The notes: generated by a model from the sequence alone, not told the origin. Shown: positions 45,296-58,486, counted from the whole stretch's first letter. The stretch: 62,392 nucleotides of DNA, filler included, from Vannella sp. (GCA_023345925.1; 8 parts of 8 records of this genome joined end to end with filler, not necessarily neighbours in it); one strand, 5' to 3'. Program-made: numbers and translations.

Positions 45296-47452
45296 CTAAG
45301 AAAACCGGTCTCGAGAAAGGATAGAACCTGAAGGAGCCACAATTGAAAGTGGACCGGTCGCCATCCTCAAGATTGGGGCCAACGTCACCCCGCCAATGCC
45401 TGTGCAATTGGCCAATGTCAAGCTCTGCAAGGAAGTACACTTGGCCAGATCCTGAATCATGTCACCAGTCAGTTTGGGGCACTCAGACAGATCCAGCTCC
45501 GTCAAAATCTCCAAATGAAGAAGGGTGGCCACCAAAGGATTGGAAACGTTTGGTTGCATCGCCCGATTGAGCGAGCTGAGGTGGAGGAGACTTTCAGTCA
45601 TTCTCAGGAGGCAGCCGATAGAGAAGCGAGTGCTCCCAATATTCAATTCTCTGAGGTGGCTCAGATGCTTGCATATGGAAGATGAAGCGAGGAGAGAGAA
45701 GTTTCGATTGCCCCCGATGTCCAGGATCTTCAATCGACCCCGATGCGTTCTCACAAAGAGGGAAAGACCTTCATCTGTAAGATTCACCAAATTATTCATC
45801 TTCAAGCTACTTAGGAACTCCAAGGAGGAGAGCATTGCAAGTCCTTCATCCGTAACTTTCCGATTGTGTGAGATATTCAGGGTCTCTAACCGCAGACACC
45901 CGCGGCATAGTGAAGAGATAACATCGTCATCAATACAAGGGATAGATTCTATACTCAAGTCCCTTAGATTGCTGGAGAAACGAGACAGACTTGTGAAGAA
46001 GGGTTCGTTGATAAAGTAGCAAAGTCCCAAGGAAACCCACCGCAAAGACTTCCCACTTCGTTCTACGAGGCGAGAAAGACTGTCGGAACGCAGATTGTCA
46101 GCCCAATGAGCATGGAGGCTATGAAGTTGTGTGAGAGAAGAGACATCAGAATCCAACCAGTGCAATAACGTGGCGTTTTCCAAGTTGGATCTGGCAGATA
46201 GATATTGAAGTCGGCTTGTCACAAGACTAGCAAAAGGGGGAGAATCTCGAGGAGAAGGACGAATGGAGGCGTAGCTAACATCAAAAGATAGGAGGCGGCA
46301 TCCAGAAGAAGTTAGGGCTGAAATAGGATCTCTGTCTGGATGGGGGCTCCCTCTGCAGGAATGAAATGAAACGGTCTGTAGATTCTCACAGAAAGGGAAA
46401 AATTCCGTGGCGACCTCGTCATCCCAGGCCAGCTGGGACAAGTCAATATCTGTGAGTGATCTCACCCAACGAGCACCAGCTCTCTCTTGCTCTGAAACAG
46501 ACAAGGTAGAAAACACGCGGTCCAACTTCGTTTGCCAATAATCAAAGGCTTCTGATTCCATAGGATCAGAACAAATCAAGTTTGATAAATGGTACGAATG
46601 AAGAGACGCTTGTGTGGGTCTGAGAAGTAACAAAAGCCACCGGAAATTGATGTTCGTGGATCCTAAAGAGAGTATTTTAAGTTTTGGGCACATGTAGGGT
46701 ACTGATACGAACACACGGGGTTCCCAAGTGTGTCTTGGAAGGGAAATATCCGTTAGTGAACTCCCAATGGTTGCTAGGAGGCGAAGTACGCTACCAAGAC
46801 CAATCCGGGCATAGTGTGGGAGCTTCAGCTTTTCTAAGAGAATCAATTGGCCGGCAATCCGTTCCAACACCGCGCTGGTGAGAGAGGCACAACGTCGGAC
46901 GTCCAGAATTCTCAGGGATTTTGCGTGCCTTTCCAAAACCAAACATAAATCGGAGTCGGCTATCGAGTTTCCACTGAGCTTCAGACTGACAAGGCTGTTT
47001 TGCACAACAATGTCCCCTCCCAGATACTTCCCCACTTCCTGGGATGGCAAGAGAGGGCAGTTACTCAGATCGAGAACCTGGAGGCAACCTGGTTCTATCA
47101 AGTGGGGGAGAAACCCGAGAGAGCGCAGTCCATTACAGTCACGCATGGAAAGACTCCAGATTGGAAGGTGACCCATTTTAACGAATCCAGGGGCTCTCAG
47201 TCGGTCAGAGCTACTCAGATCAAGATGAATACGATTGATACTAAGGTGAGAGGACGTAAGACTTCCTTCATTGAAGGGAGGGCCAAGAAGGAGCTGAAGA
47301 AGAGGGAGACATTCATCAGTGAGGAGCACTTGGTCACTCCAATTCATTTGCTGAGAACCAGATTGACTTGTATGAAAGACAATACCTCTATCTTTCACTC
47401 TCGAGTCCACGAGAAACCGAAGAAACAGCTCGCTAACTGTTCCCTCTGCAAT
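45296..47452 (-). CDS. Cys-containing LRR (FBXL/AMN1-like) protein, probably 5' truncated
   Basis: Repeats such as LETLNISHNRKVTDEGL and LDLSECPKLT; frame open to the contig edge. Confidence 0.85.
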   Translation of the reverse strand: MAEGTVSELFLRFLVDSRVKDRGIVFHTSQSGSQQMNWSDQVLLTDECLPLLQLLLGPPFNEGSLTSSHLSINRIHLDLSSSDRLRAPGFVKMGHLPIWSLSMRDCNGLRSLGFLPHLIEPGCLQVLDLSNCPLLPSQEVGKYLGGDIVVQNSLVSLKLSGNSIADSDLCLVLERHAKSLRILDVRRCASLTSAVLERIAGQLILLEKLKLPHYARIGLGSVLRLLATIGSSLTDISLPRHTWEPRVFVSVPYMCPKLKILSLGSTNINFRWLLLLLRPTQASLHSYHLSNLICSDPMESEAFDYWQTKLDRVFSTLSVSEQERAGARWVRSLTDIDLSQLAWDDEVATEFFPFCENLQTVSFHSCRGSPHPDRDPISALTSSGCRLLSFDVSYASIRPSPRDSPPFASLVTSRLQYLSARSNLENATLLHWLDSDVSSLTQLHSLHAHWADNLRSDSLSRLVERSGKSLRWVSLGLCYFINEPFFTSLSRFSSNLRDLSIESIPCIDDDVISSLCRGCLRLETLNISHNRKVTDEGLAMLSSLEFLSSLKMNNLVNLTDEGLSLFVRTHRGRLKILDIGGNRNFSLLASSSICKHLSHLRELNIGSTRFSIGCLLRMTESLLHLSSLNRAMQPNVSNPLVATLLHLEILTELDLSECPKLTGDMIQDLAKCTSLQSLTLANCTGIGGVTLAPILRMATGPLSIVAPSGSILSRDRFS

Positions 47453-47552
47453 NNNNNNNNNNNNNNNNNNNNNNNNNNNNNNNNNNNNNNNNNNNNTTAA
47501 TTAATTAANNNNNNNNNNNNNNNNNNNNNNNNNNNNNNNNNNNNNNNNNNNN

Positions 47553-48228
47553 CACAGATGAACCAGCGTGCAGAAGGGACATATGGTAGCTAAGAAGACC
47601 TCCCCATGAGTCTGTGGTGCTTGTAGCTGCACTGTTCTACTGGAATATCCTCGGCACAGCCTTCGTCTTCTACCTCATCGCTGGAGAGGTCTTCTTAGCT
47701 ACCATATGTCCCTTCTGCACGCTGGTTCATCTGTGTCAGCTGGCCTCCATGTGGATCCTGTACGGACTCTACAACAAACAACAAGGTTCGCCCTCCCTCT
47801 CCGAGGCGCTGTGGCAGATGAGAGGATGGATCATTCTAATCGCTCTATCCGGTCTCATTCCTCTGGTTCTCTTCAACTTCAGCATCGTGGGCGTAGGAGG
47901 ACTGCCAGGGGATGAGACGCCCGTCACCAACGAACAGTTTGCTGAGTGCCTGACACAGGAAGGCTGGCGCTTCTATGGTATGAGAGGATGTGGTTGGTGC
48001 AAGAAGCAGAAGCAACTGTTTGGTCCCGTCCTGGACCACATCTACTACATCGACTGCGCCCAAGACCTCGCCACTTGTCGAGAGCTCGACATCGAGGGCT
48101 ACCCCACGTGGATACGCTTTGATGAGGAAGGGGAGGAGATTAAGAGAGCACGCGGATACGTCTCCTTGCAGACGTGGCACATTCTTACCGACTGCGAGTT
48201 CCCTTACAAAGCGCTCCGGGCTGCCTAA
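47553..48228 (+). CDS. VKOR-thioredoxin fusion, 5' truncated
   Basis: TM segment with ICPFCTLVH, then Trx FYG...CGWCKKQKQLFG...YIDC...IEGYPTW. Confidence 0.85.
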
Positions 48229-48307
48229 CAGCATTCGATGACTCTAACATAGCCCCTTTGACCTACTTCGATGCACGGTGGAGGGTTCACTTCCATTCTT
48301 TGGGGGG

Positions 48308-48839
48308 ATGAAGGTGTTCGTGTCTCCCTCTTGTCTTGCGAGTGGGGTGGGGCTGACAGGAGGGTAGCCTGCAGGTGAAGGTGGGGAACATTAGCAACAT
48401 AGAGGTGATGGAAGTCCTTCGCGTGAAGAAGGAGCGGACAGCGGAGTCCCGAAAGGGCTTGGCGAGGGACTTGCACAACTCCAAGAGCGTGGAGGAGCAA
48501 GTGAGCAACTTTATAAAGAAGAGTCCTATCGGTGGGAAGGATGTAGAAGTAGCCAGGGACATCCTTAGGAAGCTACAAGAAGGTCCTTACAAGCAAGTGA
48601 ACTTTACAACCTCTGATCGCCTACAGATCCTCAACACACTACCCAAGGAGCTGGTAGAGTTGTACTTAGTGAGTAGTACCTCCAAGGAGGACCTCTCTCA
48701 CTCATATCCTCCACAGATCCTCGAACCCGCCACAATGGCCGAGTTAGAGCTTCACGACCTCGTCAACTCCCTTCTGGAAGAGCTGTCCGCCTTCAGCACG
48801 ACGGGAGAGGTAGAAGAACCAGCGGTGGCCTCCAGTTGA
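48308..48839 (+). CDS. CRCP: RNA polymerase III subunit RPC9/C17, 2 introns
   Basis: ISNIEVMEVL; DRLQILNTLP..LVELYLI. Confidence 0.75.
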
Positions 48840-48877
48840 GCTAAAGGCCAGAACTTCTTTCATTCTTTGTCGGCAGG

Positions 48878-51090
48878 ATGGGCGGCGCTGCGTCACAGAC
48901 GCTCTCTGGTGGGTTTCTTGGGAGGCTAAGTCAAGTGCTGATAGGTGGGTGTGATAGAGGAGCTCCGCATCAAGTTCCCTTCCTTCTCTTCGGCGGAGGA
49001 GCTTCAAGAGCTCTTTGTCGCTTGTAAACTCTCCATGGTTGCGTATGAGGCACCACATAGTACGACAGAGAAGCTCAGAGAAGCGTTGATTCATCCTTGG
49101 TTCACACCAATGGAGTACCAGCTCTCTCTCGAGCACGCACCTCAAAAGATGCTTCTCATGAGGGAGAATCATCGCCTGTTTGCGACCTTCTGCGGGACTC
49201 AGTCCCTAGATGACTGGTTGGCTGATCTAGCCACTTCTTTATCAACCTTTCCACTTCTCCCTGGCGCGCTAGTGCACCAAGGTATCGTACTTGACCACCC
49301 TCAAAGTGAGAAAGTAACTCTTTCAAGGGTTTGCAAGCCGCTTTGATAGGACCCCTTGGAGGGCTATAGCTGAAGCAGCTCTTTGCATACAAAGCCGGTT
49401 CAAGGCGAAGGTGAAGATTGTCCTTTGTGGTCATTCGCTGGGCGGGGCAATCGCTCAGTTGGTGGCCTGCTGCCTCCAGCTCTACTACAAAGACGTGTTT
49501 CATGTTCAATGCTACACCTTCGGTCAACCTCTCGTTGGCGATCTCTCGTCCTTAATAGAGGAGAAAGGCTGGAGTCAAGTAAGTCACTAAGTCACTTATT
49601 CACTTCATCCATTCACTTTGACCAGAACTTCCGGAGTTTCATGCACACACGAGATCCTGTTCCTTTTGTATTACGCGAGATCCCTCGGATGAAGCCTGCT
49701 GGGACATTGTTAATGCTATCGGACCATTCGGAGAGCGGCTCCGTTGACCTTTCAGTGGTAACTTCCGAGATCTTTCAGCGATATGAATGGAGAACCAAAC
49801 AATCTGGCTTGGGGGTTCATTCCATCCCAAAGGTGGGAGAAGCCATCCAGGATGGATTGATGCTGAAGAAGTACCATCCCATGGGTGCTTATGAACAGTA
49901 CCTTCAGGAGCTACTTAGAGGGCATGAAGAGCTTCACAAAGATCTATCCAAGGCGAATCACCAGCTTCGAGAGTCGAAAATCACTGTTGTTCCAGTCTTT
50001 TCCCAATGTCGAGGAAGATTTGTGGAAAATGGCGGTCTTTTGGTGATTGCAGAAGGCCAGCACCTTGAGCAGATCACTGTAGCCACTCTTCATCCGCAAT
50101 ACACCAACGAGAGGCTCCCACATTCTCCCATCAGATCCTACAACATTTCTTCGGATGGTTCTGGAAATGCGATTGAGATACTTTTTGCCATGCCCCCCAA
50201 ATCAGAGCTGCACTCTTCTCGAGTCACTATTAAGTTGAGCAACTACTTCTCTGTCGTAGAGCAAAAGTGCATTCTTCCCTTCAACACGGTTTGGCTGGTT
50301 GGCAAAACTGGTGCCGGGAAATCTCAACTCCGCCACGCACTGGAAGCCATCTCACTTCCTCCATTACCTGCTCCTTCATCAGCAGGAGAGAACCAACTCA
50401 AAGTGCAAAGTGATGTTGGGAGGGGTCCTCATGTTCATGTGAAACCTGAAGAGCACAAAGAATACGAGAGAGAGTTCGAGTACAACAAAGTCCGGTACTA
50501 CGAATTTAACGGCTTTACTGATTATGGAGAAGACGATGCCAAGTCATTCACTTCCGCATTGGAACACCATCCACCCGGCATCATCCTTCTCTTAATCAAT
50601 TGCGTGGAAACTGTAAGCTCATGGTAGCCACCTCTCCACTCACTGACCCACGGACTAGATAAGGGGTACCGAACGCGACCAACTGAAAGAGTTCATTGGA
50701 AGGTCCAAGTCAGTGCCCAACATGGCAATATGGTTTGTATTCACTCATTATTCCATGGTGGATGACCGCATCCGAGATGAGACCATTAGAATCATCAAAA
50801 GAGAATTAGATATTGTTCCAGGACAGGATAAGTGCTTTATGGTGGACAGCGTTGACTTCTCCAGCGGTGCATTCAGGATCCCCTCAAGAGGAGTGGAGGA
50901 TTTACAGTCATCAGTAGAACAGCTTTTCCATTCCATGGCGCACCCTCTCCTCCGTGAAGACTTCCAATGGAAGAATCTGGCTCATGTCTTTCGTGCTGCC
51001 ATTGAGACGGCCTGGAGAAACAAGGCAACCCTAATTGCTGCCCTCACGAGTACGGGAACAGTCCTTTATCAAATAAGATCGCGGCTTTGA
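48878..51090 (+). CDS. Class 3 lipase fused to a P-loop GTPase-like domain, about 4 introns
   Basis: Spliced MGGAAS start; CGTQSLDDWLADL, VHQGF, GHSLGG, TFGQPLVGD, DPVP, HPMGAY; GKTGAGKS; FVFTH. Confidence 0.82.
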
Positions 51091-51141
51091 GCTCCTTTTA
51101 ACTTGGCAATCAGCCAGACGTTGTGACTCTCTGCTATTGAA

Positions 51142-53572
51142 CTATTCATTTTGTCGAGCAAGTTCTTGTTCGAGCTGCTGTACACGAGCTTCCAATCGCT
51201 TACGAGCGTTTGTCTCTTCTTGTAACATTCTAAAGAGTTTTTGGAGCGTTAATTCTCCTCCGACACCACCAGAACGCCCTTCAACACTTGGAGGATCTTG
51301 TGGTTGAGATTGTGGAGGTGCTCGCGCGCTTGGTGGAGGTGCTCGGGTAGGAGGTGCCCTTTGTGGAACAATTGAAGGGACTGACTGTTGTTTGGTGACT
51401 CCGCGAGTGATTCTCCGATTGCCCCGACCTGGAGGGGCTGCGCTCACTCGCACCGAAACGGTTGGTCTTGCACCGATGACACTAGCTGGTCTATCCATCC
51501 CACTATTCGCTGCTGTTGGTCCCCGTCCAAGATTGCCAGAGACAGGGCGAGGTGGGCGGGAAGGAGTCTCAATGACTTCCTCTTCTTCGATTGTCTCATC
51601 TTCTCCTTCATCATAAAGATTGTCAGAGTTGGGCAGGTCAAAGACTGGGCTTTCCTCATCATCAGAGAGAAAGCAGGGCTCATATTTTGGAGTTTGAGTA
51701 GCTACCGACGGTGCCCCTCTGGCAGACAGGAATCCTGATGTGGAGGGCCCCCTTCTGCTGGCTGCTGCACGTTGAAAGCTGGAGTTCAGTTCCAGCCCCA
51801 GAGAGGCTCGTTTGTTAACCTCCCCAATTACGTTGGACATCAGAGCCCGCTCACCAGTAGACTGACTTTTCGGATTCCTTAATCTACCTCCAAGCTGTGG
51901 GAAGATTCTCAGTCGCTCAGTGATAAACAGCTCCATAATCTTGTTCACTACAGGAGTGTCCTGAACAAGGCGCATACTGACTTGGTCACCAGAGCCAGCT
52001 GGCCGGAGAATATTGGGACCAAACACGAGGGCCAAGTTACTCACAGACATGAGATTAGTCTCATGTAGAGCTTCCACGCGCCCCAGGAACTCGACAAGGA
52101 GGCATAAGACACGATAGTTCTCTTGAGGAATCCGCGTGGCCAATTTGGCAAAATCTTCCACGCGGTTCACTACATCAGACACCTCAAACTGTACAAAGTC
52201 GTTGTAACATTTGAAGGGGATGAGGGGTTCAGGCAGCTCTCTCAAATACATCTTGAGAAGGCCAGCAACGGCGTGAGGGTCAGTAGAAGAATCAAAGGTC
52301 ACAGAAAGACCCCTGTCGTAGTCGCTCTTAAACTTGGCGATGAGAGAGTTGAGCCCGGAAATGCGGAATATCCCCTGCTGTTCCAAGCCATAGGCATCAA
52401 TGAAGCTGACCGCTTGGGTGACGACTGTTGGAATGGAGTGCCGATTGAGTTTTCGGTTCATTGCCTTTGCCAGGGACACTCCAAACACTTGTTTGCCTGC
52501 CCCAATGATGCACAGACGCGCGATCGTCTCCACCCAGTCGAAGAGATCCTTCTCTTCGCCTTCGAACACGTACGTTGGCAACACTCCCCCTTGGGAAGAC
52601 ACAAAGTTCACTCCCATGGGCACCAAAGAGAACTCAGGCTTCCCGGAAGTCCTCTGAACCTCGTAGTACTCCAAAGGGATCACTCCACTCGGTGCGGCCT
52701 GCTCACATATTGCTTGTCAGCGAAAGGGAGTCAAGGAGGGAGGACGAACGTACCGTATGAGATGTTGAATAGAAGAAACAGTTGTTGCGGATTGTACACC
52801 AGCGCTTCTTGGTGTTCGTACGCTTTGTAGCCTTGATGGAGGTCTTGTTGAGGAAGCCTTCCTTCTCTCCACCCTCGACAGGACCAGAGTTCTGATGAAA
52901 GTCAGCGTATTGCATTGCGTTGAAGTACATGGCATACCTTTAAGAGGACGCTAACGGGTGTGAGCAGTAGGAACGCTTCGGGTTGGACCTCTTGCTCAAA
53001 AAGGGAGATGTTGCTGTTAATCCAACGGCCTTCTTGGGTCAGTTACCGCCCAAAGCACGGTTAGACATACCGGATCGTTGAGGGTCTTTGGAGAGGATTT
53101 GAAAGCAGAACTCCTCCTTTGAGGGCCTCATCTTCGCATGGATCCACTCCATGTACTCGTTTAACGAGTCATAGAAGTCCACTTCTATAGTACAAAGGAA
53201 TAGAGGGTGGCTTGTACTGAAATCGAACGAATCGGAAGCAATCGAAGGGCTCCACTGACACAAACGGATGGGACTGGGAGCGAACTTGATCTCAATTGTG
53301 TCCTACAAAAGCGTAAGGGCCCGTGATGGCTCACTGGGAAAGGAACTCACCCTGGCGTTGAGTCCAGCTTGTGATAAGGTCATAGAAGGCTCCAACCAAC
53401 GACTGTTGCTCCCTGAAGGGGAAAACAGGCAATAGTACTCCTGCTCCTCCAGCTCACAGCGAGCTGCAACCTCATCGATAGTCTGCTGAACAGTTTGGTT
53501 CCCCATAAAGTTCTGTAGTTTGTACGACTTGGTGTGCCCCCACCGCACGCGCAAGCTCAGCGCCTCCGCCAT
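51142..53572 (-). CDS. RhoGAP with ubiquitin/FERM-N-like and PH domains, spliced
   Basis: VFGVSL, GIFRISG, LLKMYLRELPEPL, NLALVFGPNIL; PH KEGFLNK...KKRWC. Confidence 0.9.
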
Positions 53573-53983
53573 GTCCNNNNNNNNNNNNNNNNNNNNNNNN
53601 NNNNNNNNNNNNNNNNNNNNTTAATTAATTAANNNNNNNNNNNNNNNNNNNNNNNNNNNNNNNNNNNNNNNNNNNNTTGCTTAAGAGACAGCTTGGACGA
53701 TCATCATGATGAAGGACAAGAGGCAAAGAACGCCAGCCAAGAAGAGGCAGAGGAAGAAGCAGAAGGGGATCTCAGAAAGTTCCATAGTAGCCTACACATT
53801 CCTCTAAAGTCAGCGGAGCTGCCCTCCTTCACACCTGCCCCTGGGATCGAGAACAGGACAGGGAGGTCTCACCTAAGACGGGGACAGGGAAAGCTGGAAA
53901 GGTCGGGATGGAAAATTCCCCGCTTTTTGGCTCCATCACCACGTTGGTTAATAATTTTTTGCTAACATTATTCCACCATCGTT

Positions 53984-54744
53984 ATGGCAATGCTGGTATC
54001 CCTCTTATCGCTGTTAGCGACTGGCGCTTCGGTCCTCTTGTTTCTCAGCCCGTGGAGTGAAGTGAAGAAAGCTTATCAGTTAGGGAGCACGCGAGGCCAA
54101 TCTGCACTCCCTTTTGTGTGTATGTGGGCCAACTGTGCCCTTTGGCTTCTGTATGGACTCCAAATCAAGGTCTCTGTCATCATTGTTGTCAATGGTACAG
54201 GAGCTATCCTCTCCTCCTTCTACACCTACGTGTGGATCAAGATAACCACCGCAACAGAACGAACTCAGATTGTCCTCTGTGCTCTCAGTGCCGTCTGCTT
54301 CGTTTCTTGGGCGGCCCTTTACTCTGCCAACCTTGCTGGGCCTTACATCGAGACTAACATCCTTCCTTGGATTGCGACTGCCGTCTGTGTTGTCATGTTT
54401 GCCTCTCCCTTGATCGCTGTTGTCAGTATCGCATCCTTTTGGGGTTGGATGTGCAGGATCTAACAGGAGAGCGACAGAAAGAGGTCTTCCAGAGCCGAAA
54501 CTCGGCCTACCTCAACTTCCGATTGAGTGTGATGGGTGTCATCAACTGTGTCGCTTGGTCAGGGTAGGGATGAATCGACCTTCCTTTTTCTGTGCTTTTC
54601 TCAGCGAGGTTGCGCAGATTGGGACTCATATATTGGGATATGTTCCTTCTGGTACCCAACCTCTTAGGTCTGATACTGTCACTCGCTCAAATCGCGCTGT
54701 TCTGGAAGTTCCCGTCCAAGCCTTTGAGTGAACTCCCTCAATAA
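53984..54744 (+). CDS. SWEET (MtN3/saliva) sugar transporter, 2 introns
   Basis: LFLSP, ALPF...NCALWLLYG, VNGTG, MFASPL, VPNLLG. Confidence 0.9.
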
Positions 54745-54804
54745 ACGGGAGCTTGGGCTTCAACTGGAGTGTCTGGTACGTCAACTAGTCTTGTTGTAGA
54801 TCCA

Positions 54805-55428
54805 TCACAAAGAGGAGTGTCGGCCGACGGTGGCCTTACTCAAGCGGTCCTCCGCGATGGCAAAAAGATCATTCAGGGCTCGTTCTAGCTCCTGATCGTG
54901 ACTGAGACTCTCTTTGCGACTCATCATAGCATCCAGAATACGGCAGATCTCACTCTTTGGTCGTCTGTAGTGTGTGTGGTGAGGTCGTGCCACATTCGAG
55001 GACCTGGCGTGGCAAATGACGTACCCATTGACGAAGATGACAAAAGGGAACCCAAAGTGTTCTTCGTACTGTTGGTTGAGCTCGGCTAGCTTGACATAGA
55101 CCTCTTCTGGTTCATCACCGCCTTGTTCCACTTTGGAGAAGCCTTCCAGTTTCTTCTGTCCGATAGCAGGGTGTCCGTGAAGGATCTCTAACCTTTCAGC
55201 CGGAGTGAGAGTCTCTATCTCTGTCTTAGGTGATCAGCACTGCGGTGAGAGGAAGGAAAGGGACCAACGCGATCTTCCAAACTGGATGAGCTCCTGGTAG
55301 GAGTTAAACGGTCTTCGAGGTAACAGAGCACGTTCAAGGGGCGGAGCCACCTCGAAAAGAACCGAAACAGCACGCGAGAACAACTCGTCGCTCAACTGGT
55401 TCAGCTCTTCCACCGACGGTAGCTCCAT
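54805..55428 (-). CDS. URAD: OHCU decarboxylase (urate degradation), 2 introns
   Basis: LFEVAP...RPF, GHPAIG, LNQQYEEHFGFPFVIFVNG, IAEDRL. Confidence 0.88.
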
Positions 55429-55850
55429 CCAACCCAGTCCCCCACAGAATGGAAGTGGTTTCCCCCCATTAATTGCAAGTGGTCGCCATCTCATCGTTCT
55501 TGTGAGAGTCCAGCAAAATCCAAGCGAGCTCCAAGGGAGGAAAAGAGGCACAGAATTTGAAAGAGCCGAAGTTGAGGGATCGAAAGGACATCCTGGTGAA
55601 AGTGAGGCTTTGGGTGCCACCAGGACATCACTCATGCACAGCAATTCCTTCTAACAGGATACGAGCAACCAACCACTGCCAGATCACCAAAAGAACATTC
55701 AATCACAATCTATTCATTAATTTAGCTCACTGGAAAAGAGAAGTAGAGAAAGAACAAAGCCTTTGAATTAGCAATTGAAAAGGAGGAAAAGTCGGAAGAC
55801 CGAAAGAAATTTCGGCAAGCTTTGGAACACTTCTTTCTCACCAGTGCGCC

Positions 55851-58449
55851 ATGGCATCGATCCTGCGGTCGAAACCAATGCTGCTGGTGCAGCTTTATAT
55901 TCAGATTGAAGCGGCCCACGACACGATCGATGAATTGGGAAAGCTGGGTCTTGTTCAGTTCCGTGATGTGAGTGAAAGAAACTTGTCCTTTGGTTGGGTG
56001 GGTTTTGACGCGTGGGTCAGCTCAATCCTGATGTGAATGCTTTCCAACGAAACTTCGTTAATGAAGTGAAGCGCGCCGACGAGATGGAGCGCAAGCTCCG
56101 CTATTTCGAGGAGCAGCTCCGCAAGGCTGGTGTTTGGAACCTCTCTGAGAGACCTCCCCACGTCATCTATCAAGAGTACCTGGATAACTTTGGTGGAGAC
56201 GAAGAGGTCGTGATGGACCAGCTTGAGGTGAGCAAAAGGCATTGTAAACGCGAGACTTCGTTGTAACCTGTCTCCAGGCAAAACTTGAAGAGATTGAGAA
56301 GGAGCTCATCCAGTTGAGCGGTAACCAGGAGACTCTGGACCGCAACTACAACGAGTTGGTAGAGATGCGCCAAGTCCTTGAGAAGGACTCGACTTTCTTT
56401 GGATCCGATGGACAAAGCGCTGGCTATGGTGAAAAGCAAGCCCTTGTCACTGATGACGGACGTGGTTCTGGAGGATTAACCTTCGTAACTGGTGTCATCC
56501 TCAGAAGCAAAATGTCCACGTTCGAGCGTGTTTTGTGGCGAGCCATGCGAGGAAACCTCTTCATCCGCCAGGCTCCTATTGAGGAGCCCGTGCGTGATCC
56601 CGCAACCGGTGAGCTTGAGGAGAAGAACGTCTTCATTGTTCTCTTCCGCGGTGACAACTCCGAGCATAAGATTAAGAAGCTCTGTGAAGCTTTCGGCGCC
56701 AACTTGTACCCTTGCCCTCACTCTCCTGAGGAGCGCTCTGATCTTCTTCGCGAGGTTGAACAACGCCTGGAGGACCTCCGAGTTGTCCTCAGCCGCTCTA
56801 AGGTTCACAACAACACCATGTTGAACAGCGTCATGAACGAGATCGAGAAGTGGAAGATGGACGTACTCAAGGAGAAGTCCATTTATCACACCATGAACTT
56901 GTTCAACTACGACACTGGAAGACGCTGTCTGGTCGCGGAAGGCTGGTGCCCTGAGGACCAGATTGATCTGGATCGTATCCGCGCTGCTCTCGACCGCGGA
57001 CACCGCCGCAGCAACGCCTCGGTCCCTTCCGTTCTTAGCGTGTTGGACTACAAGCGTGCAACTCCTCCCACCTACTTTGTCACCAACAACTTCACAGAGG
57101 GCTTCCAAAACCTTGTTGAATCCTACGGTATCGCTCGTTATCGCGAGCTGAACCCTGCTGTCCTCACCGTGGTGACTTTCCCGTTCCTCTTCGGAGTGAT
57201 GTTCGGAGATATCGGTCACGGTTTCATCCTCTTCCTTATTGGCCTGTTTATGGTCGTTAAGGAGAAGGAGCTCAACCGCATCAAGCTCCCTGAGATGGTG
57301 GACACCCTCTTTGCGGGTCGTTGGTTGTTCTTCTGGATGGCCATCTTCTCCATGTACTGTGGTGCTCTCTACAACGAGTTCTTTGGCATTCCCATGGACC
57401 TCTTCGGTACCAACTGGGTGTACAAGGAACCTATCATTGAAGGAACGCAATCTGAGTATGCTGTTTGGAAGAACAAGAACGTCACTCAAAGCGAATGGCG
57501 TTGTTATCCTTTCGGTGCTGATCCTTTGTGGAAAGGTGCTGTAAACGAGCTTGATTACTATAATTCCCTCAAGATGAAGATGTCCGTGCTGATGGGAGTC
57601 ACTCACATGACCGTTGGTATCATTCTGAGTCTCATCAACATGATCCACTTCAAGGATTGGCTCTCTGTCTTCTTCGAATTCTTCCCTCAAATGGTCTTCC
57701 TTCTTGGTCTCTTTGGCTACATGGACGCCCTTATCGTCATGAAGTGGTTGATTGACTGGGATTCCCCCTGGTACATGGCTGACGGTAATGGAGAAGGTGG
57801 CTTCTCCTCTCCCCGTCTCCTCAATCTCCTCATTCAGATGTTCTTGACTCCTTTCGGTGTGGTGGATGACTTCAATGTCTACAACGCACAACTGGCGATT
57901 CAACTCACTTTGATCATTCTTCTGATCCTGGCGGTCCCCATGATGTTGTTGGGCAAGCCCATTGCCAAGTACATCTTCGAAGGACCTGTCCTTGCTCGAT
58001 TCGGCGGTCGCAAGCACTATCATGAAGTGGGAGAGGAGGAAGAAGAGGAGGAGGAGTTCGTCTTCAGCGAAGAGTTCGTCCACCAAGTCATTCACACGAT
58101 CGAATTCGTTCTTGGAGCTGTGTCTAACACTGCCTCCTACTTGCGCCTTTGGGCCCTCTCTCTGGCTCACGCTGAGTTGTCTGAGGTGTTCTGGGACCGT
58201 GTTATGGTCTTCACTCTTCAAACCGAGGGCGTTATCATGATCTTCATCGGCTGGTCCATCTGGTGCGCTCTGTCCGTGGCTGTGCTGTTGGTGATGGAGA
58301 GTCTGTCCGCTTTCCTCCACGCGCTTCGCCTCCACTGGGTCGAGTTCCAGAACAAGTTCTACAAAGCGGATGGCCACAAGTTCATGCCTTTCTCTTTCAA
58401 GGCCTATCTCGAGTTCGGTGATGAAGCTCTGGTCGCGGCTTCTCACTAA
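55851..58449 (+). CDS. V-ATPase V0 subunit a, 2 introns
   Basis: LRSKPM, QFRDLN, FERVLWR..RGN, FPFLFGVMFGD, SNTASYLRLWALSLAH, LRLHWVEF. Confidence 0.97.
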
Positions 58450-58486
58450 TAAAGCCGCCAAACCACTCCTTTTGTTCCTTCTCTTC

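Noticed and set aside
53677..53900. Short hydrophobic minus-strand ORF or acidic plus-strand ORF at the contig start
   Set aside because: No supportable gene model
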